A stretch of DNA of 64,000 bases from an uncultured Acidobacteriota bacterium (lineage in GTDB: Bacteria; Acidobacteriota; Thermoanaerobaculia; Multivoradales; UBA5704), in NCBI GenBank assembly GCA_963700145.1, contig OY969474.1, forward strand, positions 1,632,001-1,696,000. The letters run 5' to 3'. Within the stretch, counting starts at the first letter, position 1. Every line of letters begins with the position of its first letter. Positions 9,291 to 22,852 of this stretch are shown in pieces. The position numbers were made by a program, and so were the translations under genes. The notes beneath the pieces were generated by a model, which worked only from the letters and a program-made list of their open reading frames with translations, made no database searches and was not told where the DNA came from.

Positions 9291-9548
9291 ATGCCGACGA
9301 CCACGCTCACCAGCAAGGGCCAAGTTACCTTGCCCAAGGAGATCCGCGACCGACTCGGACTGCGGCCCGGCCACCAGTTGAGCTTCGAGATCGAACCCGA
9401 CGGACGGCTCGTCGTGCGCCCCAAGAGCGTGGACCTCATGTCGCTCGGCGGGCTGCTGCGGCGCCGCCGGGCCAAGAAGAGCCTCCGCCAGATCGAGGAA
9501 GGGATCGGCCGCGGGGCGGCCGAGAGCTTCCGCGAGTCGGTCGAGTGA
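9291..9548 (+). CDS. AbrB/MazE-family antitoxin (VapB-like)
   Basis: TLTSKGQVTLPKEIRDRLGLRPG. Confidence 0.9.
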   Translation: MPTTTLTSKGQVTLPKEIRDRLGLRPGHQLSFEIEPDGRLVVRPKSVDLMSLGGLLRRRRAKKSLRQIEEGIGRGAAESFRESVE

Positions 9549-9943
9549 TCGCGCTCGACACCAACGTCCTCGTCCGTTTTCTCGTCGCCGACGATCCGGA
9601 GCAGTTCGAGGCGGCAAAGCGGAGCCTGGCCCGCCTCGGACCGGCGGAGGCGTCGGGCTTCGTTGCCGATGTCGTGCTCGCCGAGCTGGTTTGGGTGCTG
9701 CGCACCACCTACGAGCACTCGCGGGGCGAGATCCTACAGGCCCTGGAGGCCTTGGCCAGCGCCGACCATCTGACCTTCGAGGACGACGGCCGGCTGGCCC
9801 GCGCCCTGCGCGCCTTCGGCGAAGGGCGCGGCGACTTCGCTGACTACCTGATCCGCGAGCGCGCCGCGGCGACGGGCTGCTCGTCGGTCCTGACCTTCGA
9901 CAGGACGCTACAGAAAGAAAAGGGATTCTCGGCGCCTAGCTAG
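9545..9943 (+). CDS. vapC: VapC PIN-domain toxin
   Basis: LDTNVLVRFL, ELVWVL, DFADYLI, TFDR; GTGA overlap with the antitoxin. Confidence 0.9.
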   Translation: MIALDTNVLVRFLVADDPEQFEAAKRSLARLGPAEASGFVADVVLAELVWVLRTTYEHSRGEILQALEALASADHLTFEDDGRLARALRAFGEGRGDFADYLIRERAAATGCSSVLTFDRTLQKEKGFSAPS

Positions 9944-9959
9944 CGCCTTCGATGGCCCG

Positions 9960-10634
9960 CTAGTCGCTCTGCAGCCGCCGCAGCGCGTCCGCCGCGGCCT
10001 GCTGCTGCGCCACTTTCTTGCTCGACCCCTCGCCGCGGCCGGCGCGCTCGCCGGCGACCCAGCACTCGACGGCGAAGCGCTTGTCGTGGTCGGGGCCGGA
10101 TTCGCCGACCAGGCGGTAGTCGGGGAGGTCCCAGCCGCGCGCCTGCGCCAGCTCCTGGAGGGCGGTCTTGGAATCCGAGTGGAGGACCTCGGCGTCGGCG
10201 GCGAGCGCGCGGTCGAGCATCGGGCGGACGGCGGCGCGGGCGGGGTCGAGGCCGCCGTCGAGGTAGATCGCGCCGAAGAGGGCCTCCAGCGAGTCGGCGA
10301 GCAGCGAGTCCTTGCCGCGCCCGCCGCCCCGCTCCTCCCCCACCCCGAGCTTCAGCTCGTCGCTCACCCCGAGCGTAGCGGCCCAGGCGGCGAGGACCGG
10401 CTCGCTGACCAGGTGGTTCAGCCGCTTCGTGAGGCCGCCCTCGCGCTCGTCGGGATAGCGCTCGAAGAGCAGCTCGGCCGTGACGAGCTTGAGGACCGCG
10501 TCCCCCAGGAACTCCATGCGCTCCCAGTGCTCTTCGCTCCCCTGCTCGCTGGCGAGCGAGCGGTGGGTCAGCGCCCGCTCCAGCAGCTCGCGGCGGCGGA
10601 AGCGGTAGCCGAGGCTCTCCTCAACGCCGGCCAA
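9960..10634 (-). CDS. rnc: Ribonuclease III
   Basis: ALTHRS, ERMEFLGDAVL, EALFGAIYLDGG, C-terminal dsRBD. Confidence 0.95.
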   Translation of the reverse strand: MAGVEESLGYRFRRRELLERALTHRSLASEQGSEEHWERMEFLGDAVLKLVTAELLFERYPDEREGGLTKRLNHLVSEPVLAAWAATLGVSDELKLGVGEERGGGRGKDSLLADSLEALFGAIYLDGGLDPARAAVRPMLDRALAADAEVLHSDSKTALQELAQARGWDLPDYRLVGESGPDHDKRFAVECWVAGERAGRGEGSSKKVAQQQAAADALRRLQSD

Positions 10635-12435
10635 AGCGCCTTTCGAGGTCGGCGTCGGTCATCTGCAGGACGACGGGACGGCCGTGCGGGCAGGCGTACG
10701 GCTGCTCGGCGGCGAAGAGCTCGGCGACGAGGGCCTCCATCTCGGCCGGGGCGAGGGGGTGGTGCATCTTGACCGCCGCCTTGCAGGCGAGGCTCGCGGC
10801 GAGGGTCTCGACGAGGCGCCGGCGCAGGGGCGCGGCGCCGCCGCCGCCGTTGTCGCCGGCGTGCTCGGCACCCTCGTCGGCAGCAAGGGTGCGGAGGAGC
10901 GCCTCCCCCTCCTCGGCCGAGAGCGGGGCCGGGACGGCGGTCAGGGCCAGCGTGTCGCCCGAGAGAACGGCGAGGCCGAAGCCGCACTCCTCCAGCTCGG
11001 GCGCCAGCTCCTGGAGCCGCAGCCGCTCGGCCGGTGCCAGCTCCAGGAGGGCCGGGTGCAGGAGCGCCTGGCTGGCGGGGGACTCGGCGGCGAGGGCGCG
11101 GCGGAGGCGCTCGTAGAGGATGCGCTCGTGGGCGACGTGCTGGTCGATCACGTAAAGGCCGTCGGGGCCTTCGAGGAGGATGAGCGTCCCCTTGTACTGG
11201 CCGAGGAGGCGGAACGGGCGCGGCTCGCCGCCGCGGCCGGAGAGCGGGACCATCGGGCGGTCGAGGGGTGCGTAGGCGGCGGCTGCGAGACGCTGCGGGC
11301 TGCCTTCGGCAAGATCGCCGGCGAGGCGCCGCTCCCACGCTTCCGCCGTCGAGTACGGCCGGTCGCCCAACCCGCGCCAGGCGGGCGGCATCGACGGCGC
11401 CTCCCCGTGCGGCGCGCGCAGCGGCGCCGGCTCCTCGCCGCGCGCCCGCGCCAGGGCGGCGCGCAGGGTGAAGTGCAGGCGGTCGAGGAGACGAGGATCG
11501 CGGAAGCGCACCTCCGCCTTCTGCGGATGGACGTTGACGTCCACCTCCTCGGGCGGCAGCTCGAGGAAGAGGAAGAGCGCCGGGAACTCGTCGCTCCGCC
11601 ACTCCTCGCGCACGGCGCGGTAGAAGGCGGCGAGGACGGCGCGGTCGCGCAGGAGGCGCCGGTTGACGAAGACGAAGGCGCGGCGGGCGCCGGCGGTCTC
11701 GGGGGTGCCGACGAGGCCGGAGATCGTCTCGTGGAGCGCGCCGGTGGCGGCGAGGGCCGGTGAAGGGATCTCGACCAGGCGGCGCGCGAAGTCGTCGCCG
11801 AAGAGGGCGGCGATGCGCGGGCGGGGGTCGGCGGCGGGCAGAGCGTCGAGGAGCTCGCGGCCGTCGTGCGCGAGGCGCAGGCGGACGTCCGGGCGCGCGA
11901 GGGCGTAGCCCTGGACGACTTCCAGGCAGCGGCGCAGCTCGGTCGCCGGGCTCTTGAGGAACTTGCGCCGCGCCGGCACGTTCCAGAAGAGGGATGCGAC
12001 TTCGATGCGGGTGCCGCGCGGCGCGGGCGCGGGCTCGGCGGCGAGGACGCGGCCGCCGTCGATGCGCACGCGCTGGCCGTCACCCGGTTGCTCGGCGGTG
12101 AGGAGCTCGACGCGCGCCACGGCGGCGATGGCGCAGAGGGCCTCGCCGCGGAAGCCGAGGGTGGCCACGCGCTCGAGGTCGGCGAAGCCGGCGATTTTGC
12201 TGGTGGCGTGGCGGTCGAAGGCTAAGAGGGCGTCGTCGCGGCCCATGCCGGTGCCGTCGTCGGCGACGGCGATGCGGCGGCGGCCGCCGGCTTCTAATTC
12301 GATTCGGATGTCGGTGGCGCCGGCGTCGAGGGCGTTTTCGACTAGCTCCTTGACGACCGAGGCCGGGCGCTCCACGACCTCGCCGGCGGCGATCTGGGCT
12401 GCCACTCGGTCGGGGAGGATGTGGATGCGGGGCAT
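10621..12435 (-). CDS. mutL: DNA mismatch repair endonuclease MutL
   Basis: QIAAGEVVERPASVVKELVENALDAGA, GFRGEAL, DQHVAHERILYE, CPHGRP. Confidence 0.97.
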   Translation of the reverse strand: MPRIHILPDRVAAQIAAGEVVERPASVVKELVENALDAGATDIRIELEAGGRRRIAVADDGTGMGRDDALLAFDRHATSKIAGFADLERVATLGFRGEALCAIAAVARVELLTAEQPGDGQRVRIDGGRVLAAEPAPAPRGTRIEVASLFWNVPARRKFLKSPATELRRCLEVVQGYALARPDVRLRLAHDGRELLDALPAADPRPRIAALFGDDFARRLVEIPSPALAATGALHETISGLVGTPETAGARRAFVFVNRRLLRDRAVLAAFYRAVREEWRSDEFPALFLFLELPPEEVDVNVHPQKAEVRFRDPRLLDRLHFTLRAALARARGEEPAPLRAPHGEAPSMPPAWRGLGDRPYSTAEAWERRLAGDLAEGSPQRLAAAAYAPLDRPMVPLSGRGGEPRPFRLLGQYKGTLILLEGPDGLYVIDQHVAHERILYERLRRALAAESPASQALLHPALLELAPAERLRLQELAPELEECGFGLAVLSGDTLALTAVPAPLSAEEGEALLRTLAADEGAEHAGDNGGGGAAPLRRRLVETLAASLACKAAVKMHHPLAPAEMEALVAELFAAEQPYACPHGRPVVLQMTDADLERRFGRR

Positions 12436-12484
12436 GTTTGGCGATCTTACGGTAGGCCCCGCTGGACAAGCGGCCCCCCCGCCC

Positions 12485-12650
12485 AGCCCGGCGGCGGGCG
12501 CTCCCCGGAGGAACCGGCGCGCGCTTTGAAGACTGCCGAGGGGGGGCGCGCGCCTGCGCTTCGCTTTGCGCCTGGATCGATAGGGGACTGCAGTGGGGGT
12601 TGCCAGGCGCTCGCTCAGAGCTTCCTCCGGGGAGCGCCCGCCGCCGGGCT
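12485..12650 (+). repeat. Structured dispersed element, copy B (166 bp)
   Basis: Perfect 29-bp inverted repeat (12485-12513/12622-12650) enclosing ACCGGCGCGCGC...GGCGCGCGCCTGCGCTTCGCT...GGGGTTGCCAGGCGCTCGCTCAGAGCT. Confidence 0.85.
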
Positions 12651-12665
12651 TCCCCCCTGGACGAA

Positions 12666-13495
12666 CTACAAAGGCAGCAATGTGTAGGGGGGCTCGTGGA
12701 GGGTTGGCCTGCGCCTCGCTACTAGGAGAGTGTTGCCCCAGGCTCGGCGCCATAGGGGGACGGCGCGGAGTGTGGCGCGCAGGAGGCGGCGCGGGCCGCG
12801 GGGGTCGGGGCGATGCGGGAGGGTGCGGTGGTCGAGGATCTCGAGGTTGGCGGCGCGGAGGAAGCGAGCGAGGAAAAAGGACTGGGCGACGTGGACGGCG
12901 TCGGCGTCGGGGACGTAGCCTTCGGTCAGGACGCGGGGGCTCTCGACGAGGTCGAAGCGGTGGCGGCCGTCTAGGAGGGAGCGGAGCTGGCGGCCTAGGC
13001 GGCGGGCTGCGACCTCCAGGCGGCGGCGCGGAGGAAGGCTGGGGGGCATCTCGTAGGGGAGGTCCCAGGCCGAGCCGACGAGGAGGAGCAAGCCCCCGGG
13101 CCGCAGGACGCGGGCCGCTTCGAGCAGCGTCCTCCCCGGGTCGTGGAAGTGCTCTAAGGCGTAGGTTGAGAGGACGGCGTCGAAGCTGGCGTCGCGGAAG
13201 GGGAGGCGCTCGCCGTCGCCGCGGACGCGCGCTCCGGGGCGCCCCCACTCCGCCGCCAGGGCGAGGCCGGCGGTCGCGACATCCGAGCCGACGTAGCGGG
13301 TGCCGGGGGGCAGCCAGAGGGCGTTCTCGCAGGAGCCGCAGCCGAGGTCGAGGACCCGCTGGCCGGGCTCGAGGAAGCCGAGGAGGAGGCGCCGCTCGGG
13401 GGAGGCCTCGGGGTTGGCGGCGGCGGCCTGCGCGTAGTAGTCGCGGGAGGAGTCCCAGAAGGCGGCGAGCCGCCGGCGCTTTTCCGGGTCCGGCT

Positions 13496-13499
<4 letters not shown>
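12666..13499 (-). CDS. Class I SAM-dependent methyltransferase
   Basis: VLDLGCGS, LPFRDASFDAV, RVLRPGG; TTG start overlaps the ppdK stop. Confidence 0.85.
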
Positions 13500-16252
<2,753 letters not shown>

Positions 16253-16293
16253 GATCGCTCCTCCGAAGCCGGCATCCTACACTCCGCCGCCGC

Positions 16294-17187
16294 TCACGCC
16301 GGCGCCCGCTGCACGAGGAGGACGCTGCCCAGGATGAGGAGGCCACCGGCCACCACGACGGCGGTCACCGGCTCGCCGAGCAGCAGGACCGCGGCGGCGA
16401 AGGTGACGAAGGGCTCGAGGTAGAGGAAGGCGGCGACGCGCGAGACCTCCAGCCGTTCGAGGGCGCCGTACCAGAAGAGGTAGCCGAGCCCCGAGCAGCC
16501 GAGGCCGAGGAAGAGGACGGCGCCCCAGCCGGCGGGCGAGAGGCCGGGCAGCTCGCGCCAGCCGCGGGTGAAGAGGAAGAGCGGCGCGAGCATCAGCCAG
16601 CCCAGCGCCATCGCGCCGGCGGTGGCGCGGGTGGGGCCGAGGCGGCGCAGGGTGCGGTGGCCGAGGACCGAGTAGACGGCCCAGTTGACGGTGCTGAGGA
16701 GGATCAGGAGGTCGCCGCGGGTCGAAGGGAGGCGGAGGAGGTCGGCGCCGAGCGCGCCACGCGAGATGACGAGGAGGGCGCCGGCGAAGCCGCCGGCGAG
16801 GCCGGCGATCTTCCAGCCGCCCAGCCGCTCCTTGCCGAGGAGGACGGCGAGGAGCGCCGACCAGAGCGGGATCAAGCCGATCAGCCAGCCGGTCTGGACC
16901 GCCGTCGTCATGGTGAGCCCGACCGACTGGAGCAGCTGGTGGACGAAGATGCCGACGAAGCCCATGAGGAGCAGCGACGGCAGCGCGTCCCGCGGCGGCA
17001 GCGGCGAGACGCCGCGGGCGAGGAGAAGGACGAAGAGCAGCGCCGTGCCGAGCGCGAAGCGCATGAACACCAGCGTCACCGGCGACAGCTCCCGCAGCGC
17101 CGCCTTCGTCGCCACGAACGAAACCCCCCAGAGCACCACGGCGGCCAGCGCGAGGAGCCGGGGCCGACCCCCGGAGCCCTCGCTCAC
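16294..17187 (-). CDS. EamA/DMT family transporter
   Basis: LWGVSF, multiple TM segments, LYLEP..LLGEP. Confidence 0.9.
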   Translation of the reverse strand: MSEGSGGRPRLLALAAVVLWGVSFVATKAALRELSPVTLVFMRFALGTALLFVLLLARGVSPLPPRDALPSLLLMGFVGIFVHQLLQSVGLTMTTAVQTGWLIGLIPLWSALLAVLLGKERLGGWKIAGLAGGFAGALLVISRGALGADLLRLPSTRGDLLILLSTVNWAVYSVLGHRTLRRLGPTRATAGAMALGWLMLAPLFLFTRGWRELPGLSPAGWGAVLFLGLGCSGLGYLFWYGALERLEVSRVAAFLYLEPFVTFAAAVLLLGEPVTAVVVAGGLLILGSVLLVQRAPA

Positions 17188-17217
17188 GCCCGGGATGACC
17201 TCCGTTGCCTTACCAGA

Positions 17218-19300
17218 TCACCCCTTCTCCACTACCACCTCGGTCAGCTTCGCCGTCCGGGAGATGGCGCGCTGGAGGTGTTGGAGGAGGGCCAGGCGGT
17301 TGCGGCGGAGCGCCTCGTCGGGGGCCATGACGAGGACTTCGACGAAAAAGCGGTCGAGGACGGGCGCCAAGTGCGCCACCTGCCGCAGCACGCCCTCGTG
17401 GTCGCGGCGGGCGCCGCCGGCCTCGACTTCGGCTGCCAGGGCCTCGTAGGCGGCATGCAAATCCTGCTCGGCGGGCTCCACCAGCAGCGCCTCGTCGAGC
17501 GGCAGCTCCTCCTCGACGCCGCGCAGGATGTTGGCGATCCGCTTCGCCGCCAGCGCCACCGTCAAGAACCCCTCCTCCTCGCGCGCCTTGTGCACGGCGT
17601 CCACGCGCGCCCGCAGGTCGGGCAGCTCGGTCCACCCCACCGCCAGCGCCGCCTCGATCTCGTCGTAGGCGTAGCCGGCAAGCCCCAGCAAGTACCGCAC
17701 GCGGTCGGCGAGGAAAGGCCGCAGGTCGGCGAGGATCGGCCCGACCGCCCGCTTCAGCTTGTCGCCGAAGAGCTCCACCGCCTGCGCCGCCGCCGCGTCC
17801 AGGTCGAGCGCGATCTCCCCTTCGAGAGCGATCCGCACCACCCCCTGCGCCGCCCGCCGAAGCCCGAACGGGTCGCGGCTGCCGGTCGGCACCAGCCCGA
17901 GGCCGAAGAAGCCGACCAGGGTGTCCAGCCGGTCGGCGAGCCCCGCCACCCGCCCCACCCGCCCGCGCGGAATCGGGTCCTCCGTCGAGGCCGGCAGGTA
18001 CTGGTCGTAGACCGCCTGCCAGACCGCCTCGTCCGCCCCCTGCTCACGCAGGTAGATGCCGCCCACCACCCCCTGGAGCGAGGTGAACTCCTTGACCATG
18101 TCGGTCGTGAGATCGAGCTTCAAGAGCCGCGCCGCCTCCGCGGCCGCCTCGGCCTCCTCCTCCCAGCCGAGCCGCCGCGCGATCCAGCCGGCCAACGCCT
18201 CCAGCCGGTCGGCCTTCGCGGCGTAGCTCCCCAGCGCCTCGTGGAAGCCGAGGTGCGCGAGCTGCCCGGCGCGTGCCGCCAGCGGGCGCTTGCGGTCCTC
18301 GGCGTAGAAGAAGCGGGCGTCGGCCAGGCGCGCCGCAACCACCCACTCGTTGCCGGCGCGCACCAACCCCGCCGGGTCGTCCGGGCGGTCCATGACGGTC
18401 AGGAAGTACGGCAGGAGCTTGCCCTGCGGGTCGGCCACGGTCAGGGCGCTCTGATGGTCGCGGAGGCTGGTCGCCAGCACCTCGCGCGGCAGCTCCAGGT
18501 AGGACGGATCGAACTGGCCTTCGAGCATGCCGGGCACCTCGCAGAGGGCCGCCAGCTTGTCGAGGAGCGCGGGGTCGTCCACCAGCGTGCCGCCGACCGC
18601 CGCGGCCCGCTCGCGCATGCCTTCGAGCAGCGCCGTCTTCCGGACCCCCGGCCGCACCTCCAGCCGACGCGCCGCCAGCTCCTCCCGGTAGTGCCCGGCG
18701 TCCCTCACCTGGAACGCCTGCGGCGAGAGCACCGGGTGCCCCACCGTCGTGTCGCCGGTCTCGACGCCGAAGAAGGTGAACGGCACCGGCTGTCCGTCGA
18801 AGAGCGAGACGATGCCGTGCACCGGCCGCACCCAGGGCCCCTCGCCGCTTCCCCAGCGCATTGTCTTGGGCCACGAGAGGGCGCCGAGGATCCGCGGCAC
18901 CAGCTCCGAAAGGACCTCCCCCGTCGCCCGCCCCGCGGTCCGCTTCGTCGCGGCGAGGTACTCCCCCTTCTCGGTCTGCACCCGCGCCAGCGCCTCGGGC
19001 TCGACGCCGCAGCGGCGGGCGAAGCCGAGGAGGGCTTGGGTGGGCGCACCGTCCGGGCCGTAGCCGGCGCGCGCCGGCGGCCCCATCACCTGCTCGTCGC
19101 GGTCCGGCTCCTTCTCGGGCAGGCCCGACAGGACGAGCACCAGCCGCCGCGGCGTGTAGCCGGTGTCCACCTCGCGCGGTCCGAGCCCGCGCGCCATCAG
19201 CTCCTCGAAGAGGCGGGTGGCGAGCTCGCGCGTGGCCCCCGGCAGCATGCGCGCCGGGATCTCCTCGCTGCGCACCTCCAGGAGGTACTCGCCGCGCGCC

Positions 19301-19314
<14 letters not shown>
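17218..19314 (-). CDS. glyS: Glycine--tRNA ligase beta subunit
   Basis: [48 protein letters not shown]. Confidence 0.95.
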
Positions 19315-20209
<895 letters not shown>

Positions 20210-20217
20210 GTCGGTCC

Positions 20218-20979
20218 CTAGAGCCGGCTCCGGGTCTGCTGGATGACCTCGTAGCTGCGCAGCTCGCGTTGGAGGAAGTGGCGGCGCACCCGCGCGCAGA
20301 GCTCCTCGACCTGCCGCAGCGCCCCGGGCGAAGGCGGCGTCGCGGCCAGCCGCGGCAGCGTCTCGCGCCCGATGCGCAGGAGGAGCTCCAGCGTCTCCCC
20401 GGCGATCCACAGACCGCCGCCCGCCCCACCGCACTCCGGGCAGATCAGCGTGTCGCCCTTGGCCGGGAGGACCGCGGCCCGCTCGCCGGCACCGAACGGG
20501 CCGCCGCAGAGCGGGCAGGCGCGCGGCGGCGGGAAGATGCCCGCCAGGCGCAAGGTCCAGCTCTCAAAATATCGCGCCGCGAGGTCGCGGTCCACCCCGG
20601 CGAGCAGCGCCTCGAGCGTCGAGTCGAGGAGGCGGAAGAGGGCGTCGCTCGCCTCGTCCTCCTGCGCGAACTCCAGCAGGTGGTCGACGAGGTAGCTGCC
20701 GAGAAGGATCCCCTCGAGGTCCTCCTGGAGGCGGTGGGCCGACCGCACCAGCTCGACCGCCGAGATCCGCGCCAGGTCCCGCCCCTCCTTCTCGAACCAG
20801 CTCACCCGCGCCCGCGCCAGCGGCTGGAGCTGCCCGGCGAAGCGGCTGTGCTTGCGCCGCGCCCCCTTGGCGACCCCGCGCTTCTTGCCCTGCTCGCGGG
20901 TCAGGAAGGTGACGATGCGGTCGTCGTCGTGGAGGTCGAAGACGTCGAGGAGGAGCGCCTCGGCGGAAAGGATACGCAC
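20218..20979 (-). CDS. recO: DNA repair protein RecO
   Basis: [17 protein letters not shown], Zn-finger CPLC..CPEC; position upstream of glyQ. Confidence 0.9.
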   Translation of the reverse strand: MRILSAEALLLDVFDLHDDDRIVTFLTREQGKKRGVAKGARRKHSRFAGQLQPLARARVSWFEKEGRDLARISAVELVRSAHRLQEDLEGILLGSYLVDHLLEFAQEDEASDALFRLLDSTLEALLAGVDRDLAARYFESWTLRLAGIFPPPRACPLCGGPFGAGERAAVLPAKGDTLICPECGGAGGGLWIAGETLELLLRIGRETLPRLAATPPSPGALRQVEELCARVRRHFLQRELRSYEVIQQTRSRL

Positions 20980-21057
20980 GGCGGGATGGTACTCCCATCC
21001 CGCCGCGCTCGAAGGTCGAGTCGGAGGCGCGGCTCGGGCGCGGGCGGCTGCGGGGGT

Positions 21058-21333
21058 CTAGGTCTTCGGCTTCATGAAGACGAACTCCATCCCCTCCGGC
21101 GTGCGCCGGTTGTAACGGGCGTTGAACTCCTCGTCGTTCATCACCAGCAGGAGGACGCCCTCGACGAGACCGATGAGCACCCCAAGGCCGCAGAGGACGT
21201 TGGAGACGAGCACGACAATCCCTGCGGTCGTCGACCCCAGATAGAAGTGATGGATGCCGAACCCTCCGAGCAGGATCCCCAGGATGCCTGCGATGACCTT
21301 CTCCTTGCCACGACTCGCCACGCTTGGTTCCAT
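21058..21333 (-). CDS. TM2-domain membrane protein
   Basis: KVIAGILGILLGGFGIHHFYLG; GGAGG RBS. Confidence 0.9.
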   Translation of the reverse strand: MEPSVASRGKEKVIAGILGILLGGFGIHHFYLGSTTAGIVVLVSNVLCGLGVLIGLVEGVLLLVMNDEEFNARYNRRTPEGMEFVFMKPKT

Positions 21334-21401
21334 TGCGCTCCTCCAAGAGAGGCGCCCGGCCAACCGGGCGCGATACAGTGCGCATCATCTAGGAGTAAGG
21401 G

Positions 21402-22385
21402 GTGGAGCCGCAAGTCTCTCCTGCGCCTTTTCTAACCGATGCGACGGGAGCCGCCGTGCCGGCGCTCGCGGCGGCCGAGCCCCGCGATCTCGGCTTCGGG
21501 GCGAAGGTGGCGAGCGAGAGCCGCCAGCGCCTCCTCAACCGCGACGGCAGCTTCAACGTCGAGCGCGAGGGGCTCACCCCCTTCGCCAGCCTCAGCCTCT
21601 ACCACTTCCTGCTCACCGTCTCGTGGCCGCGCTTCCTCACCCTCCTCTCCTGCGTCTTCCTCCTCGCCAACGCCCTCTTCGCCGCCGTCTACACCGCCCT
21701 CGGGCCGGGGGCGCTCGGCGGGGTGACCGCGACGAGCCTCGGCGAGCGCTTCGTCAAGGGCTTCTTCTTCAGCATCCAGACCCTGGCGACGATCGGCTAC
21801 GGCGCCGTCCACCCGGCCAGCATGGCGGCCAACGTGGTGGTGACGCTCGAGGTGCTGGTCGGGCTGATCGGGCTGGCGCTGGCGACCGGCCTCGTCTTCG
21901 CCCGCTTCTCGCGCCCGACCGCCAAGATCCTCTTCAGCGACAACGCCCTGGTCGCCCCCTACCACGGCGGCACGGGCTTCATGTTCCGCATCGTCAACGG
22001 CCGCAGCAACCAGTTGATCGAGGTGACGGCGCAGGTCTCGCTCTCCCGGCGCGGCATCGGCGGCCGCCGGGAGTTCGACCAGCTCGCGCTGGAGCGCGAC
22101 CGGGTGACCTTCTTCCCTCTCTCCTGGACGGTCGTCCACCCGATCACCCCCGAGAGCCCGCTCTGGGGGATGACGGAGGAAGAGCTCCTGGCAGCCGACG
22201 CCGAGTTCTTCATCCTCCTCAAGGGCCTCGACGAGAGCTTCTCGCAGGAGGTCCACAGCCGCTCGTCGTACAAGGCCGAGGAAGTCGTCTGGGGCGCCCG
22301 CTTCGTCGACGTCATCCACGTCGACCGCGAAGACGGCCGCCTGGGGGTCGACATCACGCGGATCAACGAGTACGAGCGCGTCTGA
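21402..22385 (+). CDS. Inward-rectifier potassium channel (KirBac-like)
   Basis: FFFSIQTLATIGYG selectivity filter, FARFSRP, SWTVVHPITPESPL; start codon uncertain. Confidence 0.92.
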   Translation: MEPQVSPAPFLTDATGAAVPALAAAEPRDLGFGAKVASESRQRLLNRDGSFNVEREGLTPFASLSLYHFLLTVSWPRFLTLLSCVFLLANALFAAVYTALGPGALGGVTATSLGERFVKGFFFSIQTLATIGYGAVHPASMAANVVVTLEVLVGLIGLALATGLVFARFSRPTAKILFSDNALVAPYHGGTGFMFRIVNGRSNQLIEVTAQVSLSRRGIGGRREFDQLALERDRVTFFPLSWTVVHPITPESPLWGMTEEELLAADAEFFILLKGLDESFSQEVHSRSSYKAEEVVWGARFVDVIHVDREDGRLGVDITRINEYERV

Positions 22386-22442
22386 GACGACTGCTACCTC
22401 TCGGTGAGGGCACCGGAGGAGCGCGCCGGGACGATTAGTCCG

Positions 22443-22633
22443 CGGGCGCTCCAGGACCGAATCGGGCGCTCGCCCACCGAAACGGGCGTCCCCGAACCGA
22501 AACGGGCGCTCGCGGACCGAAACGGGCGCTCCCGCACCGAAACCGGCGCTCCCCCACCGAAACGGGCGCTCGCCAACCGAAACGGGCGCTCCCCCACCGA
22601 AATGAGCGCTCCGGGGCCTAAATGGGCGGCTCG
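22443..22633. repeat. Tandem array of about 9 imperfect 20-bp units, consensus ACCGAAACGGGCGCTC(N4)
   Basis: accga recurs exactly every 20 nt from 22456 to 22596; degenerate units at both ends. Confidence 0.9.
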
Positions 22634-22709
22634 TCCCCGTCCTCGTCGCTCGGTTTACCTCCCGGCAGCGCGATTTCCGCCGCCGGGCCGCCCGCTAGAC
22701 TCCCTCGCG

Positions 22710-22848
22710 ATGGACGAGCCCGCTCTTTCTCCGCGCGAGTACCACGCCGAGCGCGAGCGGGAGCGACTGCGCGAGCGCGAAGAGCTGCGGCAGGAGTGGC
22801 TGGCGAAGACGCGAGAGGCGGCGTCTACTCCCGTCGCCCTTGAGGCCC
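22710..22848 (+). pseudogene. 5' fragment of a probable nucleotidyltransferase (MntA-type) gene next to IS5
   Basis: MDEPALSPREYHAERERERLREREELRQEWLAKTREAA, then the frame runs into the IS; TAGACT 8 nt upstream of ATG; family call from recalled similarity only. Confidence 0.4.
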
Positions 22849-22852
22849 CTAG

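Noticed and set aside
10621-13248. 875-aa MutL with a long N-terminal extension
   Set aside because: The extension is read-through across element B and an alternate frame of the methyltransferase; the conserved MutL start is ATG 12435.
17200-18300. A fourth C-depletion halo in the glyS 3' region
   Set aside because: A mild plus-strand C enrichment is visible, but I found no copy of the 165-bp element nearby. It is too weak to call by eye and is a caveat for the halo hypothesis.
22443-22633. CRISPR array
   Set aside because: Period is 20 bp with only 4-nt variable parts; no cas genes in the window.
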